Of a stretch of 64,000 nucleotides of DNA, positions 1-10,689 are shown in pieces (position 1 is the first letter of the stretch; every line of letters begins with the position of its first letter). The stretch covers positions 1 through 64,000 of the forward strand of contig JAQGDQ010000104.1 of NCBI GenBank assembly GCA_030141605.1, in the 5' to 3' direction. The notes below the pieces were generated by a model. That model was not told the origin of the DNA. It searched no databases and worked only from the letters and a program-made list of their open reading frames with translations. The position numbers were made by a program, and so were the translations under genes. The DNA comes from Tubiluchus corallicola. Its lineage: Eukaryota > Animalia > Priapulida.

Positions 1-487
1 AGTAAAGGTGTCACACTGTCTTGATTCTGTTAATATAGCCTGATTTGATCTTGTGAAAGTAAATGTGACTTGTGACTTGCAGTTTGTGGATGCTTTTAAG
101 ATTTAAATGCCAGAGCTGCCAATATACGTGAGTTCACAGTTTAATTTTTTATGATGCTTCTAGTGAATTTGTAATACTCAGCAATGTCAGATACTGCGTG
201 ATTACATGGTTAATAGTCAATGTAATTGTTATGTTTAATATGAAATCCAACAAATGTGTCGGATATTTAATCATTTTTGTTTATATGAACCAAATGTGGA
301 ATAATTTGTAGCAATTGCAAAATATGTTTACGTAAATTAGGAAAAATTATTTAAGAACAGTTTATTTTTGTAATACACTCCTAAATGATTTAATATGTTG
401 ATTTATCTTTTTTCTCCAGAATAAATAACCGTTAGCAAGCCAATGCGGAATTAGAAGTTTTGTTTTTGGGACATTCCGTCAGCTACA
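1..487 (+). repeat. 5' LTR (last 487 bp of a 598-bp LTR)
   Basis: Matches 7848-8334; I found one substitution by eye (G196 vs A8043). Ends in CA; AATAAA at 420-425. Confidence 0.95.
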
Positions 488-1157
488 ACATTTATTGTAT
501 AACATGGTTCTGGACATTTCTTGCGGCTAGACTGAAGTTCTACCTTGAAGATTTACCTGGGATTATAGGATCACATAAGATTGCTGTGCTGGTATTGCTT
601 CTTTCTGACGCTGCCTGGACAAGACTTGCTGTACTGAGAAACAAGGTCACCTGGAAAGTTACAGTGGGTAACCTACTTTGGACTTATTCAATGTTGCTGT
701 GTACATGCAACTTGCTACTGATTGAAAGCATACAGTTTAAAGATTATTCTGAACTGCAGAAAAATATTTTTAAGAGGTTATAGCAAGTTTATGATGCATT
801 AATGTCTTGAATATGATGACCTTTAGGCTAATTTGAATGGTGTATAATTTAATAAGGCTTATTTTGATTTGTTTGTAGAAAAAGTTTGCTTAATGGCACA
901 GTTTATTTTGGTATTTTTGAGGTACAATAGCATGAGGCTCTTGAAGTACTGTACATGCTTTTTTATTGTTGATTGAAATTTGACTGAAACTTTGTAAGTG
1001 TCATTAGTTATTTGACTAATTAATGAGAGTTGCATTATTTAATCAACTTGTGTTTATCCTACAATTGATTTACCATTAATCCTGCATTGCATTTTGCTTT
1101 GAACTTTGCTAATTTTTTAAATTTCAATTTGAGAATTGAGCAGTTTGACTTAGCACA

Positions 1158-4100
1158 ATGGATGTCACTGTAGAGGAGCAATGCAAAAAGCACAAGACAG
1201 CGAGAGGCAGGGTGCGAAGCCAAATCACAAAGAAAATTACAAAGATTAATGAGATGTTAAGTGCTGAGGAGTCCACACAAGCAATTTCAACACAGGTTAT
1301 AGAGCTTGATGAATTATATCGGACATTTTATGAGATTCATCGAGCCTTGCATAGTCTTTTAAATGATGATGATAGGATTGCCTGCCAGGAATACTTGAAG
1401 GATGTAGATGCAAGCATCAATGCCGTCAAAAATGCAGTCAAGGCTTACTTGAGTGTGGATGTTGGGCAAACAAACACTGGAGTACGGCCCAAGGAAACGC
1501 AAGGAGCAGGAGCTGTTAATGCAAAGTCTACAGCTTCAAGAACAATGAAGTCCAAGAGCTCTCTTAGTAGCATGAAGGCCAAGGTTATGGCAAGAAGAGC
1601 TTCACTAGAAGTCGAAGCCAGAATATTAGAAGAACAAAGACAGTTGGACTTGGCAGAATTGGAACTGAAGCAAAAACGGAAACAATTGGAATTAAAAGGA
1701 CAGATGGATAAAGTGGAAGCTGAACAGAAGGCTATAGCTGAAGCTGAAGGAAGTGATCAAGAGCTTGGGTCAGATGATGCGTTCCCTGTTACACAAATAA
1801 ATCGTACTAGGGATTGGATTAATGAGCAGCAACGTACTCATGAGTCTGCATATTCAGCACAAAGAGGTCCTAGTCCAGATATTGCTGACAATCTGCCAGC
1901 ATATGACCTGCAAAGGACTGAACAGTTCGGACAAATATCTCAAATGAAAGAGATAATTGATCTGCTACAACTTCCGAAGGCTGAGCTCAATAAATTTAAA
2001 GGAAATCCACTTGAGTACTGGGAATTTTGTAGAACGTTTGACCATTTCATTGATCACACAACAGCAAGTGACTGTGCTAAACTAAACCGGTTGTTTCAGT
2101 ACTGTGAAGGAGAAGCCTTAGAAGTGATCAGATGCTGTGCTGTTATGGACCCTAGTGAAGGCTATCGCTGTGCAAAGAAACTTCTGCAGGAGCGTTTTGG
2201 TAACTCTCACAAGATATCCCAAGCTTGGATAGACAGGCTTATTCAAGGACCACCCGTCGACCCTGGAGATGGCAAGAAGTTGCAACATTTGGCAGATGAC
2301 TTACGTAGTTGCAAAATTAGTTTGGAAGCAATGGGTAGAGTTGATGAGGTTGAGTCAAGAAGAATAATGGTTAAGATTATGAATAGATTGCCAAAATTCC
2401 TGCAAGGGCGTTGGAGGTCTAAAGTAGCTGAAGAGTTGGAGAAAGCTGACAGATACCCAGGAATTAGTGCTTTATCTACCTTTCTAGACAGAGCTGCCAG
2501 AGAGGCCACTGATCCAGTTTTTGGGACAACTTCACTAAAACGCACACTGAACAGGGGCAAAGTAAAGTCTAACAAGGATCAATCAACAAGCTTCGCTGCT
2601 GTGACATTGAGGAAAGATGACAAGAATGTCAGAATAAATAATCAGAATTTTGATCCAAAATGTCTACTTTGTTCAGGCAAACATTACTTGGACCAGTGTA
2701 AGTTGTTTTTAGACAAAGAACCACCTGATAGACTCAGCTTTATAAAGGAACGGAAACTTTGTTTCAATTGCTTCAAGGGAAGGCATTTTAGCCAAACTTG
2801 TTATAGGAACAAACGATGTAACGTAGGGACATGTGGGCGTAAACATTCATCCCTCCTACATGATGCTTTCAGCAGCTATTGTCATAGCATGACAACATCT
2901 TCAGAGAATGTCATTTCAAAGGACTCTCAAAGGGTGTGGCGAACAGACACGACTGAATGTTGTACTCAAAGCAAGACAACCATTGACGAAGCTGCCAAGG
3001 CTGACAACTATACTTGTCGTACTGAGAATAAGAAAGATAAGACTGCTCTACCAGTTGTCTCAGTAATTGTTGGTGTACCTAACTCAACAAAGACAGTTAA
3101 TTCTTATGCACTTCTTGATCCTGGGAGTACACGGACCTTTGCTTCCATGGATCTAGTAAAGAAATTAGACTTGACCGGTCAGAAAGGAAGTTTACTTGTG
3201 TCAACTTTGTCAGGAGAATCTCATGAAGATATCACAAAGGTAACCTTGCAGGTTCAATCAACTGGAGGAAAACATAAGCAACTGATTAGTTTGGATACAG
3301 TCTATGCTCTAGAACAGTTTCCTTCTTTAAGAGATAATTTTATCTCAAGTTCTGATTTGACTAGCTGGAAACATTTGCGAGGCCTTCCATTTGCTCGTGT
3401 GAGACCGGGTGAAGATGTTGAACTCGTTATAGGTCAAGATTGTGCACAAGCATATGTACCTTTGCAAGTGAAACGAGGCAGGTTTGGGCAGCCGTATGCT
3501 ATAAGAACACCATTGGGATGGACGTTTCATGGCAGTGTTGGTAGCACTGAACAAGAAAATGCCGTGGTTAACATGATCACATCTACTCTCAGTTTAGAGG
3601 GATATGTGCGAAAATTCTGGGAGATTGACAAATATGGCACAACTGACGAAATTCCAATGTCTGTAGAAGATAGACAGGTGTTGAAGTTATGGGACAGAAC
3701 GGCCACTTTGGAAAATCAACATTACATGATGGATATTCCCTTCAAGAAGGTGCCACCAGACTTTCCAGACAGCCTGCCTGTAGCACAAAGGCGGCTTCAG
3801 TTTCTCAAAGTCCGTTTGAAGAAGAATCCTTCTCTGCATGAGCAATATATGAAAGGTATGAAAGACTTATTGATGCGTGGCTATGCAGAACCTGTCGATA
3901 GCTGGGATGGTGTAAAAGGGTACACTTGGTATTTGCCCCATCACGGCGTTCTTAACCCCAACAAGCCAAAGTTGAGGATTGTCTTTGACTGCGGCATGGT
4001 GGTTGAAGGTGTCTCTTTAAACATGAACGTTTTACCCGGTCCAAATCTGACGAGCAAGTTGCTGGGAGTTTTGATACGTTTCCGAGAAAATCGGGTTGCT

Positions 4101-6956
4101 GTCATGGGTGATATTGAAGGAATGTTCAATCAAGTGCTAGTGTCACCTGATCACAGAGATTCTCTCAGGTTTTTGTGGTTCCCACAAGGCAACCTTGAGG
4201 AGGATCCAATGCCTTTTAGAATGACACGCCACCTGTTTGGCGGATGTTGGAGTCCCGCTGCTGCGACTTATGCTCTTCAGAAAACAGCTACTGATAACAC
4301 AAACTTCTTTCCAGCTGATGTTGTTGATTCTGTTATGCGAGATTTTTACGTGGATGACTGTCTCCGCTCATTTAAGTTGATCTCAGAAGCTGTTGACTTT
4401 GTGGCTAGTCTTAGTGTACTGTTGATGAGAGGTGGTTTTAGAATAACCAAGTGGATTAGCAATAGCAGGATAGTCATGGAATCCATCACTGAAGAAGATC
4501 GTGCAGGAACCATGAAAAATTTAGATCTTTTTGAAGGAGGGTTGCCTGTTGAGAGAGCACTTGGCCTTCAGTGGAATATTGAGACGGACCAACTACGTAT
4601 CAAGGTTAATGATTGCAAGAGAGCTTATACAAAGAGGGGTCTGTTGAGTGCCCTAAGTTCAATATACGACCCATTCGGATTGGTTTGTCCAGTGATCTTA
4701 GTAGCCAAACGGATGTTTCAAGAAGAATGTAAGCTCGACAAGAATTGGGATGATCCCTTAAAAGAGGAAATCTTTGCTGATTGGAGCAAGTGGCTAGAAG
4801 AACTTCCATTACTGAATATGTTTGGAGTCCCTAGGTGCTTTGTTCCCCCGGACTTTGGTGATCCAACATGCCATCAGTTGCATGTTTTTTGTGATGCCAG
4901 TGAGTTTGCTTATGGTGCAGCGGCATACTTGAGGATGCTGAATGCGGATGGAGAGAGTTACACATGCTTGATAATGGCAAAATCCAGACTGGCTCCCATG
5001 AGAGGACAGACAATTCCACGCCTAGAATTATGTGCTGCCGTGGCAGCAGTCCAATTGGGTAAAACTATAAAGGAAGAACTTAGACTGGTTGTCAATGAAA
5101 CACTGTACTGGACGGACAGCATGATTGTGCTAAAATACATATTGAATAAAAATAGAAGATTCAAGGTATTTGTGGCCAATCGTGTCAGAGTTATTCATGA
5201 GATATCTGATACCAAACAATGGCATCATGTCAGCAGTAGTGAAAACCCAGCCGATTATGCTTCAAGAGGATGCTCAGCTAAAAAATTCTTAAGCCTTACC
5301 CAATGGCTAACAGGACCGAAATTTCTTACGACATCTTCAGAGCACTGGGACAAAACAACGCCAGAAATCAATGATATAACAGAAGAGATGGAATGCAAAC
5401 AAGATGATAGACTTAGAGCAAAGGTCTTTGCAGAGTCTGGTGCTGGAAAAAGCCCATCTGAGGAAGCATTACAGCAGTTGATAAACTATTACTCCTCATG
5501 GTATAAATTGAAGAAGGCAGTAGCTTGGCTCATCAGATTCAAGAAGTTACTGTCAAATACTGTGAAGGATCGAGAGAAAACCAATGTTCCAACAGGTAGT
5601 TTGTCTGTTGAAGAACTGAAAGAAGCTGAATTAAATCTGTTCCAATATGTTCAAGGAAGTCACTTCAAAAATGAAAGGACTACTCTTCAACAGAACTTAA
5701 AGATCAATAAAAGGACCAAGATTCCAAAGGATAGCAAGTTAAAAGCCCTGGATCCTGTACTATCTTCAGAGGACGTAATCTGCATAGGAGGACGAATTGA
5801 AGGCAGGCATCAAATTATCTTACCCCGTGAGGATCACATAGTAGACCTGATACTTATGGAGCTGCATGAAAATGCAGGCCATTGCGGTCGTGAACACTTA
5901 ATGGCCCTAGCAAGAGAAAAGTACTGGATAATAAAGGCCAGACCAAAGGTCAGGAGAATAATTTCAGACTGCACTGTTTGTAGACGCCGAGATGCCAAGC
6001 CTATCTCACAAAGAATGTCTCCATTGCCAAGTGATCGAGTAGATCCAGGTAATCCGCCCTTTTTCAACACTGGCGTAGATTGTTTTGGGCCCTTTGTCGT
6101 AAAAAGAGCTCGCTCACACGTCAAACGATATGGCTGTCTCTTTACGTGTATGTCCACGCGGGCAGTTCACATTGAAGTACTGCACTCAATGACCACTAGC
6201 AGCTTCATCAATGCTTTGGTGAGATTCATCAGTCGTCGCGGACACCCACGTTCAATTAGATGTGACAACGGTACAAACTTTGTAGGATCAGAGAGAGAAC
6301 TTAGAATAGCCTTGAAAGAGCTTGACCAAGAAAAAATAAATGATACCCTTAGAAGACGCCAGATCCAGTGGAAATTTAATGCTCCAAGTGCACCGCACCA
6401 AGGAGGTGTTTGGGAGAGAATTATAAGGTCAATTAAAAAAGTGATGTTGTCGGTCACCAGAGAACAAACACTGGATGACGAAGGATTGCTTACGCTGATG
6501 ACAAGTATCGAGCAAATTCTCAATTCGCGCCCTCTTACTGTCATTTCTGATGACCCAAAAGACATGGAGCCCCTGACCCCAAACCACATCTTGCAAATGA
6601 AAGTGACTCCAAATATTCCGTTAGGTAAATTTGAAGAATCAGACATCTATCGTACGAAGTGGAGGCAAGTTCAATATCTGACAGATATCTTCTGGCGCCG
6701 CTGGACAAAAGAGTATGTGCCTACTCTTCAGCGCTTTCAAAAGTGGGAAGATGCCTCTCCGAATTTAAGTCCAGGTGATGTCGTCCTAATTCTTGACTAC
6801 ACATGTCCACGTAGTGAGTGGCCCCTTGGCAGAGTCACACATGTATTTCCTGGTAAAGACGACCGAGTTCGGACGGTGCAAGTCAAAACACCGACTTCAA
6901 TTCTGAAACGACCCATTCAAAAGCTTTGCTTACTAGAAAGGGCTAATGGAAATTAA
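1158..6956 (+). CDS. BEL/Pao gag-pol polyprotein, 1932 aa, uninterrupted
   Basis: DUF1759-like gag (LPKAELNKFKGNPLEYWEF); three zinc knuckles (CLLCSGKHYLDQC, CFNCFKGRHFSQTC, CNVGTCGRKHSSLLH); aspartic protease (ALLDPGS); RT (FYVDD); RNase H (VFCDASEFAYGA); integrase HHCC (HENAGH...CTVC) and DDE (GVDCFGP, CDNGTNF, WERII). Order PR-RT-RH-INT; no env ORF. Confidence 0.97.
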   Translation: MDVTVEEQCKKHKTARGRVRSQITKKITKINEMLSAEESTQAISTQVIELDELYRTFYEIHRALHSLLNDDDRIACQEYLKDVDASINAVKNAVKAYLSVDVGQTNTGVRPKETQGAGAVNAKSTASRTMKSKSSLSSMKAKVMARRASLEVEARILEEQRQLDLAELELKQKRKQLELKGQMDKVEAEQKAIAEAEGSDQELGSDDAFPVTQINRTRDWINEQQRTHESAYSAQRGPSPDIADNLPAYDLQRTEQFGQISQMKEIIDLLQLPKAELNKFKGNPLEYWEFCRTFDHFIDHTTASDCAKLNRLFQYCEGEALEVIRCCAVMDPSEGYRCAKKLLQERFGNSHKISQAWIDRLIQGPPVDPGDGKKLQHLADDLRSCKISLEAMGRVDEVESRRIMVKIMNRLPKFLQGRWRSKVAEELEKADRYPGISALSTFLDRAAREATDPVFGTTSLKRTLNRGKVKSNKDQSTSFAAVTLRKDDKNVRINNQNFDPKCLLCSGKHYLDQCKLFLDKEPPDRLSFIKERKLCFNCFKGRHFSQTCYRNKRCNVGTCGRKHSSLLHDAFSSYCHSMTTSSENVISKDSQRVWRTDTTECCTQSKTTIDEAAKADNYTCRTENKKDKTALPVVSVIVGVPNSTKTVNSYALLDPGSTRTFASMDLVKKLDLTGQKGSLLVSTLSGESHEDITKVTLQVQSTGGKHKQLISLDTVYALEQFPSLRDNFISSSDLTSWKHLRGLPFARVRPGEDVELVIGQDCAQAYVPLQVKRGRFGQPYAIRTPLGWTFHGSVGSTEQENAVVNMITSTLSLEGYVRKFWEIDKYGTTDEIPMSVEDRQVLKLWDRTATLENQHYMMDIPFKKVPPDFPDSLPVAQRRLQFLKVRLKKNPSLHEQYMKGMKDLLMRGYAEPVDSWDGVKGYTWYLPHHGVLNPNKPKLRIVFDCGMVVEGVSLNMNVLPGPNLTSKLLGVLIRFRENRVAVMGDIEGMFNQVLVSPDHRDSLRFLWFPQGNLEEDPMPFRMTRHLFGGCWSPAAATYALQKTATDNTNFFPADVVDSVMRDFYVDDCLRSFKLISEAVDFVASLSVLLMRGGFRITKWISNSRIVMESITEEDRAGTMKNLDLFEGGLPVERALGLQWNIETDQLRIKVNDCKRAYTKRGLLSALSSIYDPFGLVCPVILVAKRMFQEECKLDKNWDDPLKEEIFADWSKWLEELPLLNMFGVPRCFVPPDFGDPTCHQLHVFCDASEFAYGAAAYLRMLNADGESYTCLIMAKSRLAPMRGQTIPRLELCAAVAAVQLGKTIKEELRLVVNETLYWTDSMIVLKYILNKNRRFKVFVANRVRVIHEISDTKQWHHVSSSENPADYASRGCSAKKFLSLTQWLTGPKFLTTSSEHWDKTTPEINDITEEMECKQDDRLRAKVFAESGAGKSPSEEALQQLINYYSSWYKLKKAVAWLIRFKKLLSNTVKDREKTNVPTGSLSVEELKEAELNLFQYVQGSHFKNERTTLQQNLKINKRTKIPKDSKLKALDPVLSSEDVICIGGRIEGRHQIILPREDHIVDLILMELHENAGHCGREHLMALAREKYWIIKARPKVRRIISDCTVCRRRDAKPISQRMSPLPSDRVDPGNPPFFNTGVDCFGPFVVKRARSHVKRYGCLFTCMSTRAVHIEVLHSMTTSSFINALVRFISRRGHPRSIRCDNGTNFVGSERELRIALKELDQEKINDTLRRRQIQWKFNAPSAPHQGGVWERIIRSIKKVMLSVTREQTLDDEGLLTLMTSIEQILNSRPLTVISDDPKDMEPLTPNHILQMKVTPNIPLGKFEESDIYRTKWRQVQYLTDIFWRRWTKEYVPTLQRFQKWEDASPNLSPGDVVLILDYTCPRSEWPLGRVTHVFPGKDDRVRTVQVKTPTSILKRPIQKLCLLERANGN

Positions 6957-6986
6957 ACGTTAAAATCGTTTAATAGGGGGGTGTGA

Positions 6987-7052
6987 TGTTGGGGATAATG
7001 ATACTGTAATGTGCTGCCACCTTTTAGGCCTTTAGGACTGTATACTAATACT
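6987..7052 (+). repeat. Truncated 3' LTR (first 66 bp only)
   Basis: Follows the PPT; identical to 7737-7802, then switches abruptly to unrelated sequence at 7053. Confidence 0.9.
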
Positions 7053-7480
7053 TTATGAAATATGTGATAAAGCAGCAGGTATGTGATTTGCACATAATGT
7101 AGGATTGAATGATCATGCAAATGATTTTTTAATAAATTATGTTTCTTAACATTGAAGGAAAAAATTATAAAGAAAAACGTTAGTTTATTAATTGAACAAA
7201 GCTAGTAGATTTTTATTGTCAGTAACGTGATTCAACATATGCTAGACAGAAAGTTTTATAGCGCCTGCTTATGCGCTGACTAATGTTACAATTATGGGTA
7301 AAGTTGTTATGAGGCTAGACTGTGGAATGTTTCGACTGAGGAAGAAAATTGAATTCAATATTGAAAAGTATGTCTCAAAAACTTTCCACACAAAGTTACG
7401 TTACATTACGTTTCGCTCACATGTTTGAAAAACATGCATAACTGGAAAAGAAAGTTCTTTATGATTTTCAAGCCAACTAG

Positions 7481-8383
7481 TAAAACGTCACTGTTTCACT
7501 GTCTCAGTGCGCACCGAAAACGTCACTGTTTCACTGTCTCAGTGTGCACCGAAAACGTCAGTGTTTCACTATCTCAGTGTGCACCGAAAACGTCAGTGTT
7601 TCACTGTCTCAGTGTGCACCGGAAACGTCACTGTTTCGCTATCTCAGTGTGCACCGAAAACGTCACTGTTTCACTATCTCAGTGTGCACCGAAAACGTCA
7701 CTGTTTCACTATCTCAGTGTGCACCGAAAACGTCAGTGTTGGGGATAATGATACTGTAATGTGCTGCCACCTTTTAGGCCTTTAGGACTGTATACTAATA
7801 CTCAGGTGATTCATCTTTCTATATACAGAAGGCAATAGGAATAGGACAGTAAAGGTGTCACACTGTCTTGATTCTGTTAATATAGCCTGATTTGATCTTG
7901 TGAAAGTAAATGTGACTTGTGACTTGCAGTTTGTGGATGCTTTTAAGATTTAAATGCCAGAGCTGCCAATATACGTGAGTTCACAGTTTAATTTTTTATG
8001 ATGCTTCTAGTGAATTTGTAATACTCAGCAATGTCAGATACTACGTGATTACATGGTTAATAGTCAATGTAATTGTTATGTTTAATATGAAATCCAACAA
8101 ATGTGTCGGATATTTAATCATTTTTGTTTATATGAACCAAATGTGGAATAATTTGTAGCAATTGCAAAATATGTTTACGTAAATTAGGAAAAATTATTTA
8201 AGAACAGTTTATTTTTGTAATACACTCCTAAATGATTTAATATGTTGATTTATCTTTTTTCTCCAGAATAAATAACCGTTAGCAAGCCAATGCGGAATTA
8301 GAAGTTTTGTTTTTGGGACATTCCGTCAGCTACAGTCAGTGTTTCACTATCTCAGTGTGCACAGGAAAACGTCACTGGTTCAC
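7481..8383. repeat. 35-bp minisatellite (GAAAACGTCASTGTTTCACTRTCTCAGTGTGCACC) interrupted by an LTR
   Basis: Units start at 7481, 7516, 7551, 7586, 7621, 7656, 7691 and 7726. The 8th unit is split by the LTR at 7737-8334 and resumes at 8335. Confidence 0.93.
7737..8334 (+). mobile_element. Full 598-bp BEL/Pao LTR flanked by a 5-bp TSD (solo-LTR-like)
   Basis: TG...CA termini; GTCAG at 7732-7736 and again at 8335-8339; near-identical to the 5' LTR. Confidence 0.93.
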
Positions 8384-10302
8384 CAAAAAAAAAACGAATT
8401 GTTAACACCATAAACTCTATTCTGATTATTTTTTCGAAGTTTACGCAATGTTATTGAAATCTGTTTCAAAACTCTTACCGTTAAAATGGCTGCGCCCAAC
8501 GGTCACCGGGGAAGTTTAATTTTTCACGTTTTATACAGCGTTGTTGCAAAAGGTGGATGCAAACTGTTTTTTTACCTAATTTGGTGTTACAAAAAATTGA
8601 TGTACCATAATTATTTTTCAACCTTTTATGCACATGGTTTAGCTTAGCCCATACGAAAGTGGCTTAGAAATTCTATAACGTTTATTTCTCTGTTCCACTT
8701 TAGTTGGCTGTCTTGTATGTTTTAAAAATTGCATTTTTTCCATTTAAATACGCGGATAAAGAAACAAATGTCAACCAATTTTAAGTAATTTAACTAAAAA
8801 TCAACAAGAAAAGCAAAAAACTATCACGTGACTATTTTTAGTACAACGCTTCATTGGAGTACCGGAGCGGCACTTACAAGCCTTTCCACTTCTATTTTCA
8901 CTCTGAAGTTCCTTAAATAAAATTAAAATCTGCAAGAGATTATCGGCAACGCTAACTGCTATCGAAATCAAATTAGACATTTATTTTTGCTTTTGAGTAT
9001 CATGGGTTGATGATCATCAAACTTGTGAAAACAAATAAAACATTACATGTACTGGTCTTACGGGTCTTTTAACACTACATTGCATGCGATGCTTGTGTAG
9101 ATGTAGTGCTTTAAAAATGTTATTACAGCAGTTCACATTCAGTGAATGACAGCTGTAGTAATATGTGATCGTCTAAATGACCACACATTTGACTGCAGCC
9201 ATTGCAACACTCAGACTGACGTCCATCTAGGCAAGGGTGCCTGCTATACTGACCACTTGCTCACAGAATCGTGCAATTTAGGTGGTCAAATTTATTGAGC
9301 ACTGGTCATTGTCCATATTTTGGTGAGCAAGTAATTGTCAAGCTAATCCGAGTGGCATCTTTGAAGCGCCACACGAAATGTTGCTGGGCGGCTTCTGAAT
9401 GCAAAGATCAGCTGTGGCCAGTCACGTGACCCTCTGAAGCCAAATAAAACAAGCTTCTCAAAACATTAGAAGCTGCACGATATATTCTCGTACTGCTTCC
9501 ACATTGCACTCATAGAGTGTTACTGTATTTGTAGTGTATTGACTCGCAAAACAAATGCATTTGTATAAGCTAATTGCGAAAATGCGTGCCTAAAGGCATA
9601 ATGCACGCAGGGTCTTTTATTTCACCTGCATTGCATTTCGAAAAATCTCATTTTAAATGCATAGCTGAAATGTACACTTGTTCAGACATCATAATAAAAA
9701 TAAAAATGTTTTACATTCATGTAACCTTCGTTATGAAAATAAATGTGCTATTACAGACCATACCTAAGACACCGTATAAGACTGCATATTAGAACATTCG
9801 TAAACTATTGATAAAGCGGATGTAACTTGGAGGCTGGATGAAGAAATGGCAAGTCATTCAATTTTTACCTGACACTGAATGTGTAAAATTTTCATCATCA
9901 TCATCATCATATATCCCATTACGTCTGCTGTAGACACTGGGCAGATAGAATTCTAAAATGAGAGAAATCTGCCCTCAAGACAGGTAAATACAGCTGTAAT
10001 CTAGCAAAAAACGAGACGCTGCTATGCCACGGACTTGTCAGCACCACTTCCGAAAAAACTTCCAAAATCTTCATAAAACTCTCGGTTATTTGTTCAACAC
10101 CACAAATCTTTTAATGAAGTACGGTATAAGTAAAATATTAATAAGTGAAAAGTTAGTTTATATTTCTTAAGAAAAGTACTTCGTAAATTCAACGTGAGAT
10201 TAAGTAGCTGTTTTGCTTCCTCAATTGGAATTTTGTAATAGGGCGTTTAGTGTAAGCACCTGTAATCTGGTGATAATATTAGAAAAATAATATAATCAAA
10301 TA

Positions 10303-10689
10303 AAGCCTTTTCACAGTTTCGTTGTGCGCACGCGCAGTTGCTGTAGGTCAAAAGTTAAGTGTACCAGAGCAACGCGTCTTAACTACAACCGTCACATAAC
10401 ATGTGGGTAAAGTAAAACCGTCTGGCTCACCAGTTCAGTAACTTCAGCTGTTTTGCGTGGACTTTACTTAGTTATGCATTAGTCGGTGCATAGAGTTATT
10501 TACTAGCAGGATCTTGCTTGGGAACAAGAAAAAATGAACTTGGTAAGGTGCTAGCTAGCTGTTAAAACTGTTATATGACAACAGTATGGGCTGTGGGGAG
10601 TTGTCATGTATACACAAATACGCTGTCTGGTACACTTAACCTTTCACCTTTCACGATCATCATCAATCGCTGGAACTGTGAAAAGGCTT
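10303..10689. mobile_element. Putative MITE with 16-bp terminal inverted repeats
   Basis: AAGCCTTTTCACAGTT at 10303 and AACTGTGAAAAGGCTT ending at 10689; no clean TSD. Confidence 0.45.

Larger units (their letters stand above)
1..7052 (+). mobile_element. BEL/Pao LTR retrotransposon (5' LTR runs off the window start; 3' LTR truncated)
   Basis: 5' LTR remnant 1-487 ending ...CAGCTACA, long leader, gag-pol ORF, polypurine tract AGGGGGG at 6975-6981, then LTR start TGTTGGGGATAATG at 6987 matching the full LTR copy only to 7052. Confidence 0.95.

Noticed and set aside
488-520. Primer-binding site of the BEL element
   Set aside because: The first TGG lies 17 nt past the LTR end (TGGTTCTGGAC at 505) and I cannot match it to a tRNA 3' end by eye, so it is not called.
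460-783. 107-aa ORF in the retrotransposon leader
   Set aside because: TTG start inside the LTR and no recognisable motif.
2243-6646. Minus-strand ORFs within gag-pol
   Set aside because: Antisense shadows of the long coding frame. The same applies to antisense ORFs over the pentraxin, NK4 and GT genes.
7481-8383. 35-bp repeats as a CRISPR array
   Set aside because: Units are head-to-tail with no unique spacers, the context is eukaryotic and there are no cas genes. The ORFs at 7425-7785 are translations of the repeat.
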